Source: Octopus sinensis (lineage: Eukaryota). Taken from it: a stretch of 64,000 bases of DNA. Shown in pieces: positions 54,042-64,000 of the stretch. The stretch lies in NCBI RefSeq assembly GCF_006345805.1, contig NC_043001.1:100006001-100070000 (forward strand), read 5' to 3'. How positions within the stretch are numbered: the first letter of the stretch is position 1; every line of letters starts with the position of its first letter. Position numbers and translations under genes: made by a program. The notes under the pieces were generated by a model. The model searched no databases and was not told the DNA's origin. It saw only the letters and a list, made by a program, of their open reading frames with translations.

Positions 54042-55979
54042 TGATGTAATTGAGTTTATAGTGGAAGCCACTTCTTGTGATTAGTTTGGAATGATGCCTT
54101 TTGATAATAGGTAATAATGGCTGATAGCATTAACCATTAACACAAATTCACCTGTGTGGGTGTGGGGTGGGGTGGGTGTGTGTGTGTGTTTCAATAAACT
54201 TTTTATCATAAGTTAGTAACTTCCACATGACATCTTCCTATTCTAGCTCAGCTGTGCAAATAAATACTGCCTCTCAGATACACACAGACAATGTTTATCA
54301 TTAAATAGGGTCTATGTACCTATAAACAACTCATAAGAGGCTGAATGCTGAATATTGTAGAAATATTCGGTTGTCTTCAAGAAGACATCTCTGTTGAGTG
54401 ACTCGGGATGAATTGAATCTATCCATAATAGACATTATGACAAAAATTAGTGAAAAAGACTGAGATATATTTTGGAAGGTAACCCTCCTGGAATGAAATC
54501 ATGAATAGTGAAGGTATTTGGTCTTCCTAAATGACTGAAATATTGGTAAACTGTAAATCTTGTGATGCTAAGGACATTGCTGAGAAGCAGTGCTTCCTTC
54601 CATCAACTAATTTTCTTGAAATGGCACCAGTGTTGTAGGAAAGCTGATGATATTGCTATGGTCATCATCAGATTGGGAATTGAAGAAATCAGATTTAAAG
54701 TACCATTGCCGAGCTTCATATAAGCAAAGGTTGCACAAATTAATGAAACTGAACTCATAACAGGAAAAATTGAAATATTTAAGAAGCTGTAAGAATATTT
54801 GAGATATTAGAAACACTTTTTAGGTAAGATGATCACCAGTGAGATTAAAGTGAACAATTTAGAGAAGATTTTGTCTGATTATGAAAATCTTAAGAGTCAC
54901 ACTATGTAAAACAAAAGAGGTTCATGGAGTTCATTGTTGAGAAAGCTCTATAGTTAGTTAACTTATGAACCGAGGCAACATCCAAATCTTCTTTCATATT
55001 TACAAAAGGAACCAGCCCTAAATCTTCAAATAATATTCACATATCGATTATCAACTTAGGCAAAAAGGTTACAGAGTTTATTGTGGGCCAGGGACCTGTT
55101 TATTGGATTGACTTCCGTATTTCACTGGACTTATTTCATGAAATCTGGAATAGTGAAAAGCAAAGCAGAATACAAAATGCAAAACAGATATCATTAGATA
55201 ATGTAATGTATGTTTGATGCTCTACCGATTTCTTCTAATCCTCCAATCTTCAAATATTTTAAACAGGATAGCCCCACCCAGGTATAGCCGTGGCTGAACA
55301 ATCAAAGCCTTTACAGATAAAACTTAGGTGTTATGGGAATGGAAATTTAAGAATCAGATATTCAAATGGTGTTTTGGTAGAATGAAAATCATCCGAATAA
55401 AATCGCATTTCAACCATTAACAACTGAAGAGGGATGATGTTAATGATGTAAAGGACAAATAGTATAATGATGAGTCTCATCTGGGATTCATCAATATAGA
55501 TTCGACCAGAAATTGGAGTGAGGATTGAATGGTCAAAGAACTGAGATGTCAAATCAATATTTACTATCATCAACAAGAGATGACACAAAGTAAATTGAGA
55601 AAAGTCTTTAATTTGAAATAGACATTAATTAGAACAATTTTACAGGAAGTAAACCATTAAATTGAGTTTAACATTGGGAATTAACATTGGGTCATTCATA
55701 AAGCTGGATAAAAATTGTCAGAGAATTTGGTTGAGAAGAGAGAGAGACAGAGAGAGAGAAAGAGAGGTGGAGGAGACAGGAGGAAAGAGTGTGTGTGCGC
55801 TTTGTCAAATATTTATTTCTAACTACATTTATCGAAATAGCGTTGTGGAAAAATATTTTATCAACACATTTATCAAATTAAGGTGTATATGTGTATGTAT
55901 TTGTGTGTATTTGTGGGTGCATGCATACAGGCATACACACACACACATACACATGCATCCCTGCTTGTACATACGCAGA

Positions 55980-56150
55980 TGTAGGTGCAGGGTGGCTGAA
56001 TGGTTAAGAAGTTCACTTCAAAACCATGAGGTCTTGGGTTCCATTCGACTGTCTGACACATTGGCCAAATGCTTTTTCTGTAGCCCTGCACTGATCACAC
56101 CTTGTGAATGTAATTGGGTTGATGGAAACTGTATAAAAGCCCATCAGGTG
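55980..56150 (+). mobile_element. SINE family A, 5' part, decayed
   Basis: ggtggctgaatggttaagaag...gggttccattc...ttggccaaatgctttttctgtagccc. Confidence 0.7.
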
Positions 56151-56361
56151 GATTTACCTGTTGTCCAAAAGGTAAAGCCTGATCACACACACTGACGGGC
56201 TGCTTCGGCATGAGAATTTAGTTAAAGGTGAACAGAGTTGTAGAATATTCAGCCACTTAGGTGTTAATTTAGCGGCAGGTAACTCAGTGGATTGACCAAT
56301 AGGGTTCTCATTATAAAACAAGGGAGGCTCAATAGATCCATCCATCCATCCATGTACGCAT

Positions 56362-56490
56362 GTATATCTATCTATCTATCTATCTATCTATCAATCAATC
56401 TATATCTATATCTGTCCCTCTATCTATCTATCTATATATCTCTCTACCTGTCTGTCTATCTATCTATCTATATATCTCTCTACCTGTCTG

Positions 56491-56521
<31 letters not shown>

Positions 56522-56614
56522 CTCTACCTGTCTGTCTATCTATCTGTCTGTCTATCTATCTATCTGTCTGTCTCTCTACCTGTCTATCTATCTATCTATC
56601 TGTCTCTCTACCTG

Positions 56615-56645
<31 letters not shown>

Positions 56646-56730
56646 GTCTATCTATCTATCTACCTGTCTATCTATCTATCTACCTGTCTATCTATCTATC
56701 TACCTGTCTATCTATCTATCTATCTATCTA

Positions 56731-56761
<31 letters not shown>

Positions 56762-56795
56762 ATCTATCTATCTATCTATCTATCTGCCTACCTAT
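56362..56795. repeat. (TCTA)n/(TCTG)n satellite with a recurring ctctacctgtc higher-order motif
   Basis: Seen directly. Confidence 0.95.
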
Positions 56796-57921
56796 ATACA
56801 CAAGTACTTCTTGAAATGCATATGTATGCCTATAAATCTTCATATGTAAATATGTATGCATTACAGCTGCTTTCTTCTCTCACCTACACATTTACATCTA
56901 TATATATTTGTTATCTCAAGACTCCAATGTCTTTCTCTAATACTTGTTATATATTCCTATTTTGTCATAAATGCTTCCTTTTGACAGAATAAAATGAATG
57001 TGGTTCATCTGTACTTCGCCACAGACACATCTTTAATGCAGTGTGAGAGTACAAATATCACAATTTCGTTTCCCTCTTACACCATCATCTATTTTTTTTA
57101 TCTTAACATCATTATCACTATCCCGCCTTCTATACATTACTCTCTCCCTCTTTCTTTATGTCTCTCTCTCTCTCTCCCTCTAACTCAATGTATGTATATG
57201 TACAACTCTTCTTTCTCTCCCTTCTCCTCTTTATTCTCTACTCCTATCCTCCTACCCTCTTACTCCATCTGTTCTCTTATTTTGCCAGTTCTTGCTCTAT
57301 CTATTTCTACTTCTTCTCTTCTCTATTTAGATGCCATATCTTTATAGTTTTTTTGTTTTTCCTCTTTAAACACTTCAATTCTAAACTATTCCCCACCCCG
57401 TGGTCCCTATTCTGCGCTTTCTCCCATAGTTTTTGTCTGTCTGTCTTTCGCTATCTGTCTCTCAGTTTCCGCAGCATGAAACTTGGATTTCGATATTCCT
57501 TAATGGGTTTTAAATTATAGTTAATCGATGTAGAGCAATCATATTTCGCATACTTCTTACATCTTTCTCCTGTCATCCAAATAAACAAATAAAACAATTG
57601 CAAGAGACATGGGCGACAGAAGGAACTGAGGACAAAAACCCCCACCGTCACCACCAGCCCCCACCCTCACCACCACCACCACCACCATTACAACATCAAC
57701 ACCATCAGCTAACACCACCACCACCACAACCACCGACTATTTATTATAACAGGAAACAAAGCTAAATGAGAAAATGTTAATGACACACACATTGACTACG
57801 TCTCTAGCTCTCTCCCCCTCTCTGTTTTTTTCTTTGCTTTCTATCACTCTCTTCTTTCTTTTGCTCTCTTTTCATTCACTTATTTTTATGTTTCTCTCTC
57901 ACTCTCCCTACCTCACTCACT

Positions 57922-57962
<41 letters not shown>

Positions 57963-58669
57963 CTTGTTGTTTGTGTATGTGTGTTTGCACATGCATGCAG
58001 GAGGCAAGTGCTACGTGTGAGTGATTTATGGACAACAAATAATGAACTGATACGAAGAAGAAGAAGAAGCGTAGTCTCCTGCCAAGGGAAGCAATAGACC
58101 GGTTTGGTTCTTGGGTTTCAAATTTGCTCCACAAGATTTTCCATTCTAATCAACGAATTTGAAATACAACCAGCCTGAACAAATATCAGAACATATCAAC
58201 ATCATCATCATCACTCTTAAATATCTCACCCCCATCATCATCATCATCATCACTAGGATCAACAACAACAACAACAAAAGATGTAGCATTGAAAGGAATT
58301 CGAAAATAATGATGACAGGGCATTATTATAATGACAGGGAACCAGCTCTTGAGATGTATTTATTCAACATTAGATAATGGACTCAGCATGCAGGTTGGGC
58401 TCCGTGTCTTTTTTGCTTTTTTTTTTTTTTTTTTCACTTGCAGACAGAAACAATAGAAGGCAAACACCATTTGATTCCATTGATGTTGCTGGGAAAGAGA
58501 TCTTATACAACATGAAATGGAGAATCTACTGAAGCTGTTACAGCTTTAGTGGAAATTCTGAGTGCAGTTTGTGGAAACACATTGGTTGAAGGTACTTTAA
58601 AACAGAAGAAACCTTGAATGATGTTGCAGGAAGACAACACCGGGGACAGTTTTTGTTGTCAGAGGAAGG

Positions 58670-58760
58670 AAATAAGTCCCGGGGTCGATTTGCTCGATTA
58701 AAGGCGGTGCTCCAGCATGGCCGCAGTCAAATGACTGAAACAAGTAAAAGAGTAAAAGAG
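58670..58760 (+). mobile_element. SINE family A, 3' end, CpG-intact
   Basis: cggggtcgatttgctcgattaaaggcggtgctccagcatggccgcagtcaaatgactgaaacaagtaaaagagtaaaagag. Confidence 0.9.
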
Positions 58761-58779
58761 TATATATATATATATGTAA

Positions 58780-58810
<31 letters not shown>

Positions 58811-58900
58811 TATATGTGTATATATATATATATAAATATGTGTGTATATATATAAATATGTGTGTATATATATAAATATGTGTGTATATATATATGTGTG

Positions 58901-58931
<31 letters not shown>

Positions 58932-59018
58932 ATATATATATGTATATATATTTGTATATATATATATATGCATATATATGTGTATATATATGTATATATC
59001 TATGTATGTATGTATGTA

Positions 59019-59055
<37 letters not shown>

Positions 59056-59235
59056 GTATGTATATCATTAGCCACTAAACCTTTTTTTATTCTCTCTCTG
59101 TATATTTCCACGTGTTTCTCTCTGTTGAGGAAACGTAAAAGACATATAAACAGTTTCGCCATGGGCTCTTAGGAGCGTAGTTCGATTGTTTTTGCTCCGC
59201 CTCTGTTCTGTTTTTGTTTTTCCAACGGATTTCCT

Positions 59236-59327
59236 TTTTTCTCCTGAAGAGAAAGACACAATATGGTCCCATCATTCAATCGGATTTTGGTAATTTTTGT
59301 GCCTTTCGAAACACGTGTAGAATGAAA
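59236..59327 (+). ncRNA. Type I hammerhead ribozyme motif with a long stem II
   Basis: CTGAAGA (59244-50), GAAAGACACAA...TTGTGCCTTTC, GAAA (59308-11), CACGTG, TA. Ten of 11 bp in stem II, palindrome ACACGTGT, GUA triplet; stem I weak. Confidence 0.7.
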
Positions 59328-59527
59328 TAAAACGATTTCTGTTCAATCTGCGTTCAGCTCCATTTCTTCAACTCACCAATAATGTTTTAATTTCATTATC
59401 CGCACCAACGCACGGTTGCAACGCCAGATGGTTGTACCTCCAACCGTGCTGTTTACTGCTGTGATTTTCTACTAAGGTATCGGTTAAACTTTTGATTAAT
59501 CTCTACAAGATTATTCATCTTTATATT

Positions 59528-59567
<40 letters not shown>

Positions 59568-59742
59568 ACATACATACACACACACACACACACAATATAT
59601 TTTATATTGTATACAAATATATATACATATATATACATATATTATATATATTATATATATAGCATGGAGAACGACGTTAAACGATGATGATATATATATA
59701 TAGAGAGAGAGAGATAGATACATACATACATATACACACTAT

Positions 59743-59788
<46 letters not shown>

Positions 59789-59889
59789 CACGCATATATA
59801 TTATATATAGATAGATAGATACATAAATACATACACGTAGATACATAAATACATACACGTATTTATATATATATATAGACATACATTTT

Positions 59890-60075
59890 GTAAATCCCAA
59901 AAAAGAACAAACACAGCAAAACAACAGCGCGAGGATGCGGTACACGTAATGTATTTGCAGATGCTCAGGAAAGGAAAGAAAGATGGTTTAACGTTTCAAG
60001 CACATGCTCTTTTTTGGAAACACAGGAAAGTAAAAAAGGAGGGAAGACACAGGGAGAAAATTGCCAATGATTCCC
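59890..60075 (-). mobile_element. Short Penelope-tail-like repeat with a decayed minimal hammerhead
   Basis: Same family as 62931-63140 (caacgcgagga...gctcaggaaag...gtttaacgtttc...ggaaac...attgccaatg). Confidence 0.6.
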
Positions 60076-60274
60076 ATTTTGAAATGACCAGAAGAGAATG
60101 GGTGAAGGAAAAGTTCTTTTGAAGACAGGAGAGTGTAAGAGAAGGAGGTATGTGTATGTGTGCATGCACAGGTCTGTGTGAATGTATGTGTGTGTGTAAT
60201 AATATTTATATATGTCTATACCTATACATATATGTATATATAATCACAACACATAAATACACTGCAAAACAATT

Positions 60275-60410
60275 TCTGTTCCTCAACAGCCCTTGCCCTA
60301 TTTAACATTGTCCTGAAACAGATCAAAGAGGAAAAGGACCCCATTACCTTTAAACGGAATCTGGACAAATTCCTTCAGGGAATATCAGACAAGGCACCTA
60401 TACCTTCATT
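60275..60410 (+). mobile_element. CR1/L2-group LINE 3' fragment
   Basis: ALALFNIVLKQIKEEKDPITFKRNLDKFLQGISDKAPIP, resembling the 'LFN.LP...FK..LD.FL..IPD.P' C-terminus. Confidence 0.6.
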
Positions 60411-61209
60411 AGAATTTCAACATCAGTATGTGTGTATGTATGTATATACGTATACATGCATGCATGTATGTATGTATGTATGCATGCACGTATGTATGTA
60501 TGTATGTGTGCAGATTTGCATGTCTTGTTTTATGTATGTCTTTTCATGCATATACTTGTATATCTAGACATATATGTATGAATATATGTATATGCATGTG
60601 TTTGTGTATGTGCACATATATTTGCATATGCATGCATATGGCATGTTTGTATGAGTACACTCACAAACACACATATACATAAATATACGTTTATATATTC
60701 CACAAATACAAAATAGGACAAACATTTATATAATGGCTTTAACATTCAGGGGAGAAAGATACAGTCACATAGTTACACACAAATATATATACTTCACAAG
60801 TATACACTCACCATAAACTTTCTATTCAAATGAGAACACTTGAATCAACACAAAAATATACTAAGAATTAATGAAACAATCTTCATTTGCTTGCTGCATT
60901 AATTAATTTCGAATTCTGTTAATGCTCTACAGGCAGTTTGCAAGACATTCAAATATTATATGTGAGAACACCAAACACTCGCTCTCACATGGTGACAATT
61001 GCAGCTAATGTGCATAGTATTGCAGTTAATATGCATTTTAGTGAGTCAGCAGAATTTAAATATGCTGCATTGTAATTTCGTTGTCAATTTCAAAATTCAA
61101 TATGCTGTTTGGGCACAAAGATCATAGACTTTTTGTTCAACTATTGGAGTCCATATACATTTATCTGTCTCTCCATCACTCTGTGTGAGTGTGTATATCT
61201 GTCTGTCTG

Positions 61210-61237
61210 TCGATCTATCTAACTATCTATCTTTCTT

Positions 61238-61283
<46 letters not shown>

Positions 61284-62050
61284 TACATATATATATATAT
61301 ATGTACATACATATTTATACATATATATACATACATATTTATACATATATATATATATGTACATACATATTTATACATATATTTATACATATATATATAT
61401 GTACATACATATTTATACATATATATATATACATATATATATACATACATATATATATACATATATATATACACATCATACATATCTATATACATACATA
61501 CATATATATACATCATACATATACATACATATACATACATACATATAGATAACATACATACATATCATACATACATATATATCTACATACATATCATATA
61601 CATACATATATATATACATACATATATATATACATACATATATATATACATATATATATACATACATATATATATACATACATATATATATACATACATA
61701 TATATATACACAATATATATACATACATACATATATACATACACATACATATATATACATATATATATAAAATACATATATATACATATATATATATACA
61801 TATATATATACATATATATATACATACATATATATATATTACATATATATATATACATACATATATATACATATATATATATACATATAGATATATATAC
61901 ATATATAATATACATATATATATACATACATATATATAATACATAATATATATACAACATATATATATATACATATATATATATACATATATATATATAC
62001 ATATTATACATACATAATATATACATACATAATATATACATACATATATA
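61210..62050. repeat. TA/CATA microsatellite field
   Basis: Seen directly. Confidence 0.97.
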
Positions 62051-62231
62051 CATAAAAGAAAAAATAAGAAGGTTAACAGCAGGCTGTTTCACCTCATACC
62101 AAAGAATTAGAAATGGCAGTCAAGAGACCGTTTTTCCATTTCTATAAGTGGAGAATCCAAAAACAAAGGCCCTTACGGCTCACATACACAAAACCGAGTG
62201 GCAAATATACGAATTCAGTCACTTACCGTTA

Positions 62232-62296
62232 ATAGCGAACATATGTTTCTGGATCGCAAACATAGAAATCAGTTTGAATTCCGTCATCGGCGCTAT
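62232..62296 (-). ncRNA. Type I hammerhead ribozyme motif, CCGA-core variant
   Basis: Minus strand reads ATAGCG-CCGATGA-C.GGA...CAAAC...GTTTG...TCC.A-GAAA-CATATG-TT-CGCTAT. Six-bp stem I, palindrome ACATATGT, GUU triplet. Confidence 0.75.
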
Positions 62297-62429
62297 ATTC
62301 GATAGCTTTACTAAATGCCACTAGCCCTCACTTCTGACCCAGCGACATCAGATAGTGGGGGGAAGAGTGCAGATGTTAAAAACTAAGTGGCGACCGGGAA
62401 CGTAAATTTTCCCTCCAAAATTCTGCCAT

Positions 62430-62546
62430 GCCATATATATAATATATACATATATATATATATATATAATATATATATATACATATATATATATACATAC
62501 ATATATATATATACATACATATCTATATATATACATATATATATAT

Positions 62547-62579
<33 letters not shown>

Positions 62580-62817
62580 ATATCATATATATATACATAA
62601 CATAATATATATACATACATATATATATACATACATATAAATACATATATATACACACATATATAACATACATATATATACACACATATAATATACATAC
62701 ATATATATATATATACATATATACATATATATACGTATATACACTATACATATATACATATATATATATATATACATACATATACATACATACATACATA
62801 TATATACATACATATAC

Positions 62818-62856
<39 letters not shown>

Positions 62857-62930
62857 CACATACATACATGCATACATACTAATGCACACACACACACAAC
62901 CATATATTATATATAATATATATATATATA
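62430..62930. repeat. TA/CATA microsatellite field
   Basis: Seen directly. Confidence 0.97.
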
Positions 62931-63140
62931 GTTAATCCAACATGAAAGCACAAAAAAAACACAACAACGCGAGGACATGGAACAAGTATAGTGTTATTGG
63001 GCGCTCAGGAAAGAAGGAAAGAAGGAGGGTTTAACGTTTCGAGCGGAGCTCTTTGTTGGAAACATAGGAGAAGGAAAGATCCCGAGAAGGGAAGACAGAG
63101 TAAAAAAAAAATCGCCAATGGTACACACACGGTCACATTT
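62931..63140 (-). mobile_element. Short Penelope-tail-like repeat with a decayed minimal hammerhead (63029-63063)
   Basis: Minus strand GTTT-CCAACAA-A-GAGC-TCC-GCTC-GAAA-CG-TT-AAAC. Confidence 0.65.
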
Positions 63141-63168
63141 TATATATATACAGAAACACATATATATA

Positions 63169-63431
63169 CTGGTGGCATGTAAAAGCATCATTTGAGCAAG
63201 TCGATGCCAGTACCACCTGACTAGCTCCTGTGCTATCGGCACATAAAAAACATGCACTACACTCTCGGAGTGGTTGGCGTTAGGAAGGGCATCCAGCTGT
63301 AGAAAACTTGCCAGATCAGATTGGAGCCTGGTGCAGCCTTCTGGCTTGCCAGTCCCCAGTCAAACCATCCAACCCATGCCAGTATGGAAAGAGATGCTAA
63401 ACGATGATGCTGCTGCTGCTGATGATGATGA
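63169..63431 (+). mobile_element. RTE-tailed short element (family C), well preserved
   Basis: ctcggagtggttggcgttaggaagggcatccagctgtagaaaac...ccatccaacccatgccagtatggaaagagatgctaaacgatgatg. Confidence 0.9.
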
Positions 63432-63470
63432 TATATATTTGCATACGTTACATAATATGTATAATATATA

Positions 63471-63697
63471 GGATTGTGAGCTGGCAAAAACGGTAGCACG
63501 CTGGGCGAAATGCGTAGCCGTATTTCGTCTGCCATTACGTTCTGAGTTCAAATTCCGCCGAGGTCGACTTTGCCTTTCATCCTTTTGGGGTCGATAAATT
63601 AAGTACCAGTTACGCACTGGGGTCGATGTAATCGACTTAATCCATTTGTCTGTCCTTGTTTGTCCTGTGTTTAGCCCTTGTGGGTAGTAAAGAAATA
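63471..63697 (+). mobile_element. tRNA-derived SINE family B, full length, young
   Basis: gagctggcaaaaacggtagc head, B-box GAGTTCAAATT at about 63544, gtcgactttgcctttcatccttttggggtcgataaattaagtaccag domain, gtaaagaaata end. Confidence 0.9.
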
Positions 63698-64000
63698 AAT
63701 ATGTATATTATATAGAAGTGCATATGCCTTTGCATGTATTATATATGCATGATATATATTTAAGTATACAATACTCACTCACACACACACAAATACATAA
63801 ATATATAGATAGATATGTGTATATTATATTCTATACATGTACAAACACATTACATATCTAACATATATATACTGGATCTTAAGAACCTTCTGGTCCAGAG
63901 AACAAGGTGCCACCATTAGACTTTCCTCCTCTTTTGTACAGCCACACCTTGAATACTGAATGTCATAGGAAAGAATGGTAAGAGAGATTCTTCAAGCTGA

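Noticed and set aside
54360-54900. Possible decayed DNA-transposon coding remnant (…DLKYHCRASYK…)
   Set aside because: A single weak motif with stops in all frames; cannot be assigned.
58049-58162. Peptide DTKKKKKRSLLPREAIDRFGSWVSNLLH resembling TALE homeodomain helix 1 (LPKE.V..L..W)
   Set aside because: Stops (TAA TGA) immediately upstream, no acceptor site, no H...PYP motif, and the poly-K comes from an (AAG)n repeat.
49979-62903. Long ORFs up to 404 aa (YI/CV/HT repeats), also at 7299-7959, 15176-15542 and 56292-56992
   Set aside because: They are translations of TA/TG/CA/TCTA/AAT microsatellites that lack stop codons in several frames.

Overview
AT-rich eukaryotic DNA, most likely an octopus or other coleoid cephalopod. 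This is inferred from recognisable tRNA-derived SINE families, RTE-type (GAT)n tails and very dense TA/CA/TCTA/AAT microsatellites. No protein-coding host gene can be identified with confidence; most ORFs in the track are microsatellite artefacts or transposon remnants. Supported content: at least four SINE-like families; RTE, R4/Dong, HERO-like and CR1-like LINE fragments; two mariner derivatives; two TTAA-flanked piggyBac-type MITEs; and large simple-repeat fields. The most striking signal is a set of hammerhead-ribozyme (HHR) folds in several unrelated non-coding repeats next to TA-rich microsatellites. Three are largely intact type I folds (2577-2650 minus, 59236-59327 plus, 62232-62296 minus) and two are decayed minimal copies (59986-60021, 63029-63063). 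All have a palindromic stem III typical of dimer-acting HHRs of Penelope-like elements and non-LTR retrozymes. One sits in a ~0.5 kb unit with a partial tandem repeat, and two families appear to use a CCGA rather than CUGA core. All coordinates and pairings were read by eye; element boundaries are approximate unless a TSD or TIR is quoted.
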